From IMG/VR virus record IMGVR_UViG_3300042090_002485, positions 64,001 to 128,000 of that record: DNA of 64,000 nt; one strand, 5' to 3'. Below are positions 35,087-44,414 of this stretch, piece by piece. A program made the position numbers and the translations under genes. A model generated the notes under the pieces. That model was given only the letters and a program-made list of their open reading frames with translations, was not told the DNA's origin and ran no database searches. Every line of letters starts with the position of its first letter. The first letter of the stretch is position 1. Origin of the DNA: a virus.

Positions 35087-37086
35087 CAGGTCCCCACCGG
35101 CTTGACGATGACGTCGGTCGTGTTCGCGACGTAGCGTATCGTCCGGTCGGTCACGCCGTAGGCGGCGAGCGTGTAGCTGGACGGTCCGCTGACCAGCTTG
35201 GATGGGTCGACGGTCACGACGTCGGTCGTTGCGTAGGTCCACACGTCGCCCGTGGGTGCGCGCAGTGCGTAGTTGATGGTCAGGATCGGGTTGCCTGCGA
35301 GCGCCGGCACGATGTTGGCGATCGTCGGGTACTCGTCCTTGACCGCCTGGATGATCGTCGAGACGTCGAGGCTGGCGACGCTGGCGTCGAAGCCACTGAT
35401 GAAGTCGGCGATGAACTGCGCGACCGCGTCGTCGTCGAGCGTCGCCGTCGCGTTGGCCGCGAGCTTGTAGGTCAGCACCATGCCGACGTTGACGGGGTTG
35501 TGCGCGCGGGGCAATTGGTAGGCCGCGACGACGCGCTCGACCGGACCGCGCACGAACTGGTCGATCGCGTCGAACTGATCGATCGTCCGGTAGGTCACGC
35601 GTAGGTTGTAGCCGTCGAACCGCGCCTGGACGGCGTCAGTGCCAACGATGATCTCCATCCACTGTTGTGCGCTCTGCGCCATCCCCGGGTTGTGCACGAC
35701 GGTCTGGAACTGAAGGCCGGTCGCTGGCGTCGCGGCCTGCTGCGGCGTCTGGTTGACCTGGTTGGGGAAGTGCTCGAAGCCGTCCTGTGTCGACACGAAC
35801 GCCGACTCCGCAATTGGCGGGTTGATGATCGCGACGTCGAGGATGTCCATCACCGGGCCGCCGGGCATGGTGGCGCGGCCGGACATGCCGACCGATGCTG
35901 ACGTCGAACCCGTAGTGTAGGGCACCCCGCCGGTGTCCGCGACGACGTCGTTGAACAGCGGTGGCACACGCCCGATGGTGTAGCTCACCGTCGTCGGCGG
36001 GTCGCCCTGGTCGGTGGCCACAGGGAACGGCGCCTGCTCGCTGACCAGCAGCGCCGTGCCCAGGTTCTCGGTCACCAGGAACTGCAGCGGGACCGTCGGC
36101 AGGCCCTCTGTGATGCTGATGATGTCGCCCGGTAAGACGCCGGTGAGGTCGACGATGCCGTCGCGGAACGCATTGGCGACGCCGTCAGGGCGTTGGTACA
36201 GCGCGCCTACCGCGCCGGTGAACGTGGTCTCGACCAGCGCGGTGCGCAGATAGATATCGACGCAGCCCCCGACGTGGACCTTGAGGTACGGTGCGACCGT
36301 CGGCACGATGTCGCGGATCATCTCCGCGTCGCCCATGCCGATGACGAGCACGGCGTCGATGCCGTCGAAGTTCTGGTCGAGTGTTGCGGGAATCGACCGG
36401 TTGTTGATGAGGTTGCGGACCGAGATTGCAGTCGGCGCGCGCGCGATCAACGCAGCCGTGTCCTCAGGCGGGTTGCCGCCGGAGAACTGCGCCGTCACCT
36501 CGATCGATGTGACGTAGGGGTTGAACCGGTCGAACCCCGCGAACTGGCCGGGCGCGACGTTGTACTGGCTGCCCGTCGCGACCGCGACCAGTGGGATGCG
36601 GAACTCGTAGTCGGTGACGCTGCCGGTGGTGTCGATGATCGGCACGAGCTGCGCCGCGGGGATAAACAGCGTGTCCCCCGCGTTGTCGACCACGAACACC
36701 AGGCCCGCCGAGTACGTGAACGCGACGGTCGCGGGCACGAACACGTCGACCTGGGTGGTCGAGTGGCCGATCGCGTAGCCGCGCGAGAACGTGCCCGCGC
36801 CCGCAGTGACGAAGAAGTTGGACAGGATGCCCGTGACGGCGTCGGCGAGCGCCTCTGGGTCGCCGCCAGTCGCGGCTTGGACCGAGACCAGCGACTGGGT
36901 CTGCCGGATCTGCGCGGCGTCGGCGCGCAGGAACGCCACCACCGCGGCGAGCGCCTGCACGGTGAGGTCGCGCAGCGCCGTGCCCGAGGAGAAGTCGCCC
37001 TCGGGGTTCTGGTCGCTGAGAAACTGCTCGAGGAAGTTCGCCGCCGCGATGACGTCCGTGGGGCTGATGGTGACTTGGACGCTCAT
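35086..37086 (-). CDS. Baseplate J-like protein
   Basis: GTALRDL, AVATGSQYNV..G, GG.PPED...LIARA pattern; follows the gp25-like gene. Confidence 0.8.
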   Translation of the reverse strand: MSVQVTISPTDVIAAANFLEQFLSDQNPEGDFSSGTALRDLTVQALAAVVAFLRADAAQIRQTQSLVSVQAATGGDPEALADAVTGILSNFFVTAGAGTFSRGYAIGHSTTQVDVFVPATVAFTYSAGLVFVVDNAGDTLFIPAAQLVPIIDTTGSVTDYEFRIPLVAVATGSQYNVAPGQFAGFDRFNPYVTSIEVTAQFSGGNPPEDTAALIARAPTAISVRNLINNRSIPATLDQNFDGIDAVLVIGMGDAEMIRDIVPTVAPYLKVHVGGCVDIYLRTALVETTFTGAVGALYQRPDGVANAFRDGIVDLTGVLPGDIISITEGLPTVPLQFLVTENLGTALLVSEQAPFPVATDQGDPPTTVSYTIGRVPPLFNDVVADTGGVPYTTGSTSASVGMSGRATMPGGPVMDILDVAIINPPIAESAFVSTQDGFEHFPNQVNQTPQQAATPATGLQFQTVVHNPGMAQSAQQWMEIIVGTDAVQARFDGYNLRVTYRTIDQFDAIDQFVRGPVERVVAAYQLPRAHNPVNVGMVLTYKLAANATATLDDDAVAQFIADFISGFDASVASLDVSTIIQAVKDEYPTIANIVPALAGNPILTINYALRAPTGDVWTYATTDVVTVDPSKLVSGPSSYTLAAYGVTDRTIRYVANTTDVIVKPVGT

Positions 37087-37532
37087 TGCCGCACCGCCAA
37101 GGTTGGGAGCAGGAACTGCAGCTGCTGGCCCGAGACATTCGTGATCAAGATCTGCGCGGCGAACCCGGGCCCGTCGGGGATCTCGATGTAGGCCGTCACG
37201 GCCAACGTCGCAAGCCGCTCGTCGTCGGGCACCGCCGTGTCGCCCGACTGCCAGCCCGTGATCGCTTCGGCTGTCGAGGTGACCGCGGCGTCGAGCACCT
37301 CTCGCGCGTCCTCGAGCGCGACGTTGGAGCCGAGGAGGTAGGTGAGGTTGGTGCCGTAGGTCGAGTCGAGTGGGTCTGTGCCAATTGGCGTGAGCAGGTA
37401 CTTCGCCGCCATGTTGACGAGCTTCTGGATGCCACGCACTCCAAGCGAGCGCGTCTGGCCGAACGAGTAGAACGCCATGCCGTTGTAGTCGGCAGCGGGA
37501 ACGATCTGGATGTTGATGTCGTAGGCGGGCAT
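37083..37532 (-). CDS. Baseplate wedge gp25/gpW-like protein
   Basis: GIQKLVN..KYLLTPIGTDP..STYGT motif; directly upstream of baseplate J. Confidence 0.7.
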   Translation of the reverse strand: MPAYDINIQIVPAADYNGMAFYSFGQTRSLGVRGIQKLVNMAAKYLLTPIGTDPLDSTYGTNLTYLLGSNVALEDAREVLDAAVTSTAEAITGWQSGDTAVPDDERLATLAVTAYIEIPDGPGFAAQILITNVSGQQLQFLLPTLAVRQ

Positions 37533-38635
37533 CAGGTTGGCTTCCCGTCTGACCAGAGGCCGGTCGTGAAGTCGAACGTCATCGGTGTCTGGACCTGGGG
37601 GCTGGCGCCAGTGAACCCCGTCGTCGCCGCGGTGAGCGCGGAAGTCTCCACCGCGATGGTCAGGGCGACGAAGTTGGCGTGCGCGGACTGCAGCGCCTTA
37701 ACGGCAGCGACGTTGTTATTCTCAAGCGTCGTCGCGCGATCGACGGTGAGCGACAAGTTGGCCGCGCGCGCGGTCGCCATCTGACTGCCGACCGGCGCGA
37801 GCGGCGGTACGGCGACGGCCGCCGAGCTGCCCGCGATGGTCGAGTCGGGATGGCCGGGCCAGTAGTTCGGCACCAGCGATGTCGGGTTGACTAGCGCGCG
37901 CAGCGCCCCGGAGATCAGCGCGGCCTGGAACCGCATCACGATGCCTGTCGCGGCCTGCGTCGAGAATCCAGGCTTGGTCCATCCCGTGGCGCCGCCCGCC
38001 CCGCCGACGGTGCCGATCGCCTGACCGGCGCCGATGACCTGGCCGTTCTTCACCGAGACCTGGGAGAGCCGGTAGTACTCGGTCTGGTAGCCCTGGAAGT
38101 CGCCATTGTGCTGGATGACGACGTAGATTCCGCCGTAGCCGATGTTCCCCATCGCAGCGGACGCGACCACCGTATCCTGGAAGTCGAGGACGGTCTGCGC
38201 CTGCTCGTTCGCATGCACGTCCGCAACCTCGGCCGAGCCCTGGGTCAGCTGAACGCCGACGAAGCGCACGACGCCGTCGGCGGCGGCGAACACGCTCTCA
38301 CCGAGCGTCGCGGCGTACTCGAGCGCCTGGTTGTAGGTCGCCACGCTGCCTGGCGGCGTTGCGGCGAACGGCAGCGGGTCGCCCCAGCCGCTGGTGACCA
38401 ACCGCTCGTTGCCCGGACCCTGCGCGAGCCCGCCTTTCTCGGCGAGCGGAGAACCGAACTGCTGGCGCAGCGGCGCCGGCGCGGTCTCGTAGAAGTAGGT
38501 CTTCGTCACCGGGTCGAACTCGGGGAAGGCCGGCGCCTGGTTCAGGTCCGAGCCAACGCGAGCGCGCTGCGCGGCGACCGCGCGCATCAGGTTCTGCGCG
38601 ATCGCGTCCTGCGGGGAGGCGGGGCTACCGGCCAC
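37532..38635 (-). CDS. Virion protein with degenerate M23 peptidase-like domain
   Basis: VFAAADGVV, YGGIYVVIQH, VSVKNGQVIGAGQAIGTVG scaffold present; Zn-ligand positions substituted. Confidence 0.65.
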   Translation of the reverse strand: MAGSPASPQDAIAQNLMRAVAAQRARVGSDLNQAPAFPEFDPVTKTYFYETAPAPLRQQFGSPLAEKGGLAQGPGNERLVTSGWGDPLPFAATPPGSVATYNQALEYAATLGESVFAAADGVVRFVGVQLTQGSAEVADVHANEQAQTVLDFQDTVVASAAMGNIGYGGIYVVIQHNGDFQGYQTEYYRLSQVSVKNGQVIGAGQAIGTVGGAGGATGWTKPGFSTQAATGIVMRFQAALISGALRALVNPTSLVPNYWPGHPDSTIAGSSAAVAVPPLAPVGSQMATARAANLSLTVDRATTLENNNVAAVKALQSAHANFVALTIAVETSALTAATTGFTGASPQVQTPMTFDFTTGLWSDGKPT

Positions 38636-39383
38636 GGTCTTTACCCTCAGTGACGGCCTGGACGCGCGCGACGAGCTTGCCCTTGAGGTGCGAGTACTGC
38701 CCCTGTGTCAAGCCGAGCTTCTTCTGGATGTCCTGGTTCGACAACACCTCGGAATTCGCATAGCCAGTGAGGTGCTCGAAGATCACCTTCTGCGGCGGCG
38801 GTAGGTCGTGGTGGATGAAGTCGACGATGTGGTCGCTCTCGTCGGCGTCGTAGAGCCCGGCGTCGCTGCCCTCGAACAGGCCGCCGCTCTCGAGCATCTC
38901 GCGGCGCCCAATCGAGCGCTGGTACTCCCCGACCTTGTCGATCGGCCACGCCAGGCGGTCCGCCAGCTCGTCTACCGTCGGCGCGCGTCCGAGCGCGTCG
39001 GACAGCTCAGCGTGGGCGACATTGTAGCCGTGATAGAGCAACATGCGATTTTCTGGAAGTCGAGCGACATTCTGGTTAGTGTAGGACAGCCGCGACATGC
39101 GCTGCAGCTGGTTGACGACATGCGTGCCCAGCGCCGCGCCCTTCGCCGGATCGTAGCTGTGGAACGCCTGCATCGCGAGGCGTTTGCCTTCCGTCTCTAG
39201 CAGCGGCCGCGCGAGCGTGCCCGACCACTTATTCGCCTCGCGGTGGATCAGCGGAGAAACCTGCGCGAGCAGCGCGCTCGCGTTGGCATCCGTCGGCGCT
39301 GCCTTCCACACGCGCCACGCGTCCATGTCCGACGTCTGTCGGGTGGTCGCAGCGAGCTTCGCGATGGCAGCGAGCTTGGTCAC
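38625..39383 (-). CDS. Second sigma-70 family factor (short, group 3-like) embedded in the tail operon
   Basis: PLIHREANKW..AMQAFHSYDPAKGAALGTHV region 2; LGRAPTVDELA region 3; LPPPQKVIF..KKLGLTQGQYS region 4. Confidence 0.75.
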   Translation of the reverse strand: MTKLAAIAKLAATTRQTSDMDAWRVWKAAPTDANASALLAQVSPLIHREANKWSGTLARPLLETEGKRLAMQAFHSYDPAKGAALGTHVVNQLQRMSRLSYTNQNVARLPENRMLLYHGYNVAHAELSDALGRAPTVDELADRLAWPIDKVGEYQRSIGRREMLESGGLFEGSDAGLYDADESDHIVDFIHHDLPPPQKVIFEHLTGYANSEVLSNQDIQKKLGLTQGQYSHLKGKLVARVQAVTEGKDRGR

Positions 39384-42300
39384 GTACGCGGGGCCTTGGC
39401 GACGAGAACATTGTCGCGGTAGGCGAGCAGAGCGGAATCCCAGTTCGCGGCGATCTGCGGGAACGACTGGTTGAGGCCAGGCACTGCCGTTGTGGTCGTG
39501 CCGTCGGCGCCCGGCGGCGGCGCGAAGTTGTCCGGCGGCGGGATGAACGTACGAACGCGCTCGAAGAAGCGAGCCCCGACGGAGCGAGGATGACCGAACG
39601 CGGGGATCGCGCCGATGCCAGCAACGTCGTAGAAGATGATGTACTCATCGAGCGTGCAGATCGGCCGCCAGTTGTAGCGCATCGCAGCGTCACGGCTGTC
39701 GAACATCGCCTGCGCTGACGGCAGCGGCACGAGCACTCGGCTCGGGTCGAGGTTGTGCTGGACCTGGGCGATGCCCGCAACGCTCGAGGGCGCCTGCAGT
39801 ATCGCGAGCTGGATCGCGAGCTGCTTGTTGAGCGACGTGAGCACGGCAGACGACACGTTGAGCTGCGTCTGCAGGACGGAAGTGTTGGCCACTTGCTCGT
39901 TGTACTGGGCCTGCAGCACGGTCGACGGCGTGCCGTCCGAGATCGCCTGTGCAGTGGACGCCTCTGCCGCTTGCGCCGCCGCGACCTGCGAGGTCAGCAG
40001 CGCGACCTGCGCGCTGATCTCCTGCTGCTGCGCGGTCAACGCCAGGATCTTCTGTGCCGTGGTCGCATTCGCGGTTTGCGCGCCCGAGTCTGGGCCGTCG
40101 ATGAAGATCGGTTCCGGCGAGCCACCGACGACCTCGGACTCGTAGCCCACGACGGTGCGGAAATCGAACGACGCGGGGCGGCCGAACAGCTGCTGGCCGC
40201 CGCAGAACAGCTGCTGATAAAACGTCTCGGCCTGCGGGAACGACTGCAGCACGTCGCTGACCGCGTTGATCGGCTCCTGCGGCCCCGAGCCGCGCGCGAA
40301 CGCGTCGTTTTGCTGGAACTCCGTGATCAGCGCCTCGAACATCTCCTGGAACTGGCGACCGTAGAGGTACGACAGCGTCGTGGCGCGCTGCCCATCGTGC
40401 GACATGAACTGCTGAACCGTCGTGAGGTAGACCATCAGGTCAACGCGCGTGGCGCGCTGGTCGAAGATGACGCCAGGGAAGCCGGGCACGACGTAGGGAT
40501 TCCACGCCACGGTCGCCGAGCCTGAGCGGCGCGCGTAGCGCTCGCGGAAGTACTCATACTTCGCGTAGAGGTGGTAGACGTCCTCAGCAGAGGCAGCGAT
40601 GGTCGCCTGCGTTGCCGTGGCGATGACCGGCGCGGGCGGTGGCTCAGGCGTCGGCGCCTGCGTGGTCGCCGGGGTCGGCGCTGCGGGCGCGGGCGTCCCA
40701 GCCGACGCAGTGAACGGCTGCGTGTTGCCCGCCGTAAGCATGCTGCCAGACGCCGTCGAGACGACGCCGCCCACGCCCGTGGCGTTGTTGATGTAGGCCT
40801 GCTCGATCGGCGTTAGCGACGGCGCAATCGCGTTGAACATCTGGTCCCACGACGTGGGCGTGCCGCCGAGCGCTGTAGTCGCGCGCGGAATGAAACCCTT
40901 TGGACTGTTGAAGAAGAATCCAGGCCCGACGTGGATCGCTTTGGCGAGGCGCCACTTGTCGCCCTCGGACCAGCCGGTGAGGCCGAACTGCGGCGCGTAG
41001 CGGTTGTCGACCTGCGTACGGTAGTAGCGTGCAAGCTTGCAACCCGCGTCGAGCGAGACCGCCTTGTTGGTCGACAGCAGCGCAGTCGGGCTCGGGTCAG
41101 GGCCTAGCTGACGCGGTGCGATCAGCGACGGACCGTTGACGCCGGTGTCCGCGGTGGTCAGGCCGATGATGCCGGCCTCGACCTGCGCGAGCGAGCGACC
41201 GTTGTTCGGCCCCATGATTTGGAAGTAACCGCGCTCGTTGAGGTTGGTGAGGCTCCTGATGTTGCCGCCGGACTCGTGGTTGATCCACGCGAGCGCGAAC
41301 TCCTCGGGGATGCCGTACTTGGTGATCGCAGCCTTGAACGCAGGGTCGTTGCGCAGCGCCTCGACGGCAGGCAAGTACTTGCGCGGGCTCGTCGGGCCGA
41401 AGCCGACCTGCGCCGACGTGCAATTCATGCAATTCGACGGCACGCTCGCCTTCTGCGGCGGGGTCGTCGTGCCGGTGCGCGCGGGCGGCGCCTGGTTGGC
41501 CGGCGGCGCGCCGGGGTTGTCTTTTGGGACCGTGGTCTTCGTGTTCTCCTTCTGCTTGATCCCGAACAACCAGGGGGGCACCGGGCGGCGGTCCATGACC
41601 GGGCCCTTGAAGAACTCTTCGGGGTAGAGCAGGAAGTTCTTGTTGTTGAGGTTCGGCGTGGTCTTGCTGACCTGCAGATTCTTATCGGCCTGCGGCGGGT
41701 AGCCGATGGCGAGCGCGTTCATGATCGAGTCGCGCAGGCCGCTGGTCGGGACCTTGAGGATCTGCGCGATGACCTCGTCGTTGAAGTACAACCGCGTCGG
41801 CTGGGTCGCGTAGTTCTCCTCGTATGCGATCGTCTTGAGCTGCGAGGGGAAGATGACGTTGCACGCTGGCGGGATGCTGAACAGCATCTGCGGCTTGGGG
41901 AAGTAGTTCTGCATCCGCAGCGGTGCCTTGGCGCGGCTGGCATCGGATACGGCAGGCACCCACTGGCCAGACGCGCTCGCCGCCGACGCGGCCGCCGCCG
42001 GCGCATTGTCCGGCCCGGAGATGCCGGGACCCGACGTGAATACGTCGGAGAGCACGAGCTGGTGGCTTGCGAAGTCGGTGGCCAAGACGAGGCTTGACGC
42101 AAAGTCGACACTCACCAGCGGCATCGCCGGTAGCATCGCGACCTCCATCAGCATGGTCTGGAAGACCAGCTGCAACATGTCCCAGATGGACCCGGTGTTC
42201 TGGACCTGCTGCATCAGGTTCTTGCAGACGGTGTTGATGGCCGTCGTACTCTGCACCGCCTGCAGTACCGGAAAGATGCTCGCGTTACCAGCGTTCAAAT

Positions 42301-42979
42301 TGTCGAACGACGGGCAACCCACGAATCGATTGTGAAAGTTCGTCAGGCGCGCCCAACGCGTGAAAAAATTCGCGGCTGGAACAGTGCGCTGGTCGGCCGG
42401 AACGACCGCGTCCATCATGCCCCGGACGGCGTTGTACAGGAAGTCGAACGGCCGCGTAATGAGCGAACTGGCCTGTCCTTGGGCTGGCAGCAGGCCCTGC
42501 TGGAAAAGCGCGAACGGGTAGACGATCTGGCTGGTCGGATTAGCGAGCTGGTTGGTCGACGAGATGGGCGCGGAGTAGCCCACCATATCGTCGAGCGTGG
42601 TCATGAACTGGACGAACAGCTGCGAGAAGATCGCGATCTGGTTGACTACCGTGAAGATGATCGACCGGCCGCCTGAGACGTTGCGGTAGCCCCACCCAGT
42701 GATCTCACCCTCGCCAAACATACGGAACGTCGGCTTGACGCTGGGGTCGACATCACAGTCGTCGAGGTAGAACACCGCGACCTGGACGCGGTCTAGGTTG
42801 CCGAGCCGGATAAGCACTGGGTCCGCGACCATCTCGACCTGCATCTCGGGCACCTGCCACACGCCGTAGCGGATCGACGCGGACTTCGCCGGGACCTCGA
42901 GGCCGTTGATGTAGACGATGAACGGCGCGGGATGCGGGCTGCTCGCCGCGAACGTGCTGACGCTTGGCGGTGTGGTCAC
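39380..42979 (-). CDS. Baseplate hub-like protein with lytic transglycosylase (SLT) domain (1199 aa)
   Basis: N-terminal IVYINGLEVP hub-like start; KYGIP..FALAWINHESGG..RGYFQIM SLT motif with catalytic Glu codon at 41273-75. Confidence 0.75.
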   Translation of the reverse strand: MTTPPSVSTFAASSPHPAPFIVYINGLEVPAKSASIRYGVWQVPEMQVEMVADPVLIRLGNLDRVQVAVFYLDDCDVDPSVKPTFRMFGEGEITGWGYRNVSGGRSIIFTVVNQIAIFSQLFVQFMTTLDDMVGYSAPISSTNQLANPTSQIVYPFALFQQGLLPAQGQASSLITRPFDFLYNAVRGMMDAVVPADQRTVPAANFFTRWARLTNFHNRFVGCPSFDNLNAGNASIFPVLQAVQSTTAINTVCKNLMQQVQNTGSIWDMLQLVFQTMLMEVAMLPAMPLVSVDFASSLVLATDFASHQLVLSDVFTSGPGISGPDNAPAAAASAASASGQWVPAVSDASRAKAPLRMQNYFPKPQMLFSIPPACNVIFPSQLKTIAYEENYATQPTRLYFNDEVIAQILKVPTSGLRDSIMNALAIGYPPQADKNLQVSKTTPNLNNKNFLLYPEEFFKGPVMDRRPVPPWLFGIKQKENTKTTVPKDNPGAPPANQAPPARTGTTTPPQKASVPSNCMNCTSAQVGFGPTSPRKYLPAVEALRNDPAFKAAITKYGIPEEFALAWINHESGGNIRSLTNLNERGYFQIMGPNNGRSLAQVEAGIIGLTTADTGVNGPSLIAPRQLGPDPSPTALLSTNKAVSLDAGCKLARYYRTQVDNRYAPQFGLTGWSEGDKWRLAKAIHVGPGFFFNSPKGFIPRATTALGGTPTSWDQMFNAIAPSLTPIEQAYINNATGVGGVVSTASGSMLTAGNTQPFTASAGTPAPAAPTPATTQAPTPEPPPAPVIATATQATIAASAEDVYHLYAKYEYFRERYARRSGSATVAWNPYVVPGFPGVIFDQRATRVDLMVYLTTVQQFMSHDGQRATTLSYLYGRQFQEMFEALITEFQQNDAFARGSGPQEPINAVSDVLQSFPQAETFYQQLFCGGQQLFGRPASFDFRTVVGYESEVVGGSPEPIFIDGPDSGAQTANATTAQKILALTAQQQEISAQVALLTSQVAAAQAAEASTAQAISDGTPSTVLQAQYNEQVANTSVLQTQLNVSSAVLTSLNKQLAIQLAILQAPSSVAGIAQVQHNLDPSRVLVPLPSAQAMFDSRDAAMRYNWRPICTLDEYIIFYDVAGIGAIPAFGHPRSVGARFFERVRTFIPPPDNFAPPPGADGTTTTAVPGLNQSFPQIAANWDSALLAYRDNVLVAKAPRT

Positions 42980-43416
42980 TGGAGTGCAACTCCGAGCAGG
43001 ACGGTCGAAGCCAGAGCGCTCATACGGTAGCGTGGGTAGTCCGCGGCAGCGTAGATCCGCAACAGATCGACGTATGGCGTCGGGATCTTCGAGTAGGTCG
43101 CGAGCGCGGTGAGCGCGGGGTTCACCAGGAACGACTGCAGACGCATGTCAGAGTCGACGTCGATGTAGTGCCGGCGCTCGCAGACGGTGACCGACTGCGT
43201 GCTGGGCGGGAACGCGACGACCTTGAGCAACGCGACGCTGATCTCGGTGTCGAGCACCATCTGCAGCAGCACGCGTGCCGACGTCGTGGGCGATCGCGAC
43301 GTGGTCAACGCGTAGAGGAACCGCTGGCGCAGCTGCTCGAGCGCATAGGACGGCAACGGCTGCAGGAGTTGCAGCTCGAGCGCCGACGACGGGCCGTACC
43401 AGCAGGCGGCGCTCAC
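42976..43416 (-). CDS. Hypothetical tail protein (146 aa)
   Basis: 4-nt overlaps with both neighbours in the tail operon. Confidence 0.6.
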   Translation of the reverse strand: MSAACWYGPSSALELQLLQPLPSYALEQLRQRFLYALTTSRSPTTSARVLLQMVLDTEISVALLKVVAFPPSTQSVTVCERRHYIDVDSDMRLQSFLVNPALTALATYSKIPTPYVDLLRIYAAADYPRYRMSALASTVLLGVALQ

Positions 43417-44414
43417 TCGAACCCCGTAGCAAACGATGGCGGCGGAACGGGCGCCCCCGGGTTGATGTTGCCGCGGATGTTGCTGGTCGGCGACGGTGGC
43501 TGGCTCGCCGCGTTCGCGGCCGCGACGGTCTGCTGCTGTGCAGTCTGCGACGCGTCAACCACGTTGGTGTTCTGCGCCGCGCCGGCGGTCGACGTAGCGG
43601 CTGGGATCGGCGGCGGCACCGCAACCGCGGTTACGCCCTTGGTCTGTACGGTGCCGATCGACGACAGGTTGGCGACCGCAAGGTCAGCCGCGAGCTGAAC
43701 GTACTGCGACTGGTTGACCTTGGCGAACGGCAGGTTGGTCTGGATAACGTAGTCCTTCACCAGGAAGGAGAACGAGAACGGTACCGCCAGCTCGTTGTCG
43801 GCGTTGAGCGTCTGCTGGTGTGCGAGCATCGTGCCCGACACGATCACCGAGTCATAGCGCAGGCGCGCGAGCGCGCCGCGGCGCGCCAGCTGGGTACCGC
43901 GCAGCAGCGCGCTGTATGCGCGCAGGAAGCCTGAGCGCTGGTCATCCTGCAGCGAGTTGAGCAGGAAGCCGGAGTACTCGAACCGCGGCGGCTCCTGGCC
44001 GAAGAAGAACGCGACGTAATCGTCCGACAGCACCTTGTCGAGCTGAACGACCTCCTGGAACCGCTCGCTGGCCTGACTCAGGAAGAAGTCAACGAAGCCG
44101 GTGCCGCCGCCTGGGCCAGCAATCATCACCTGCGCGAGCGCCTTTGTTGCGGGGTCGGACGGCAGGCTGTTCAGAAACGCGGTGCGCACCGCCGGGTCGA
44201 CCGAACCGTCGCCTAGAGTCGGCAGCGAAATGTAGAGCCGCGCCAGCGTGTCCTTGTACTCGGCGTCGCGCGGCTGCCACTTCGCGTACTTCGGCGTCAT
44301 CAGCGGATTCAGGCCGAAGACGCCCTGTTGCCCAGGGCTGGTACCGCCGTTGTTCGCGGCGACGAAAGGCAGCGCGAAGGGCGGGCCGCTACCGAAGGGT
44401 CCTGTGCTAGCCAC
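43413..44414 (-). CDS. Tail-tube-initiator / baseplate-like protein
   Basis: Directly after the tape measure gene; FFLSQASERFQE...FFFGQEP..FEYSGFLLN tube-fold-like pattern. Confidence 0.55.
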   Translation of the reverse strand: MASTGPFGSGPPFALPFVAANNGGTSPGQQGVFGLNPLMTPKYAKWQPRDAEYKDTLARLYISLPTLGDGSVDPAVRTAFLNSLPSDPATKALAQVMIAGPGGGTGFVDFFLSQASERFQEVVQLDKVLSDDYVAFFFGQEPPRFEYSGFLLNSLQDDQRSGFLRAYSALLRGTQLARRGALARLRYDSVIVSGTMLAHQQTLNADNELAVPFSFSFLVKDYVIQTNLPFAKVNQSQYVQLAADLAVANLSSIGTVQTKGVTAVAVPPPIPAATSTAGAAQNTNVVDASQTAQQQTVAAANAASQPPSPTSNIRGNINPGAPVPPPSFATGFE

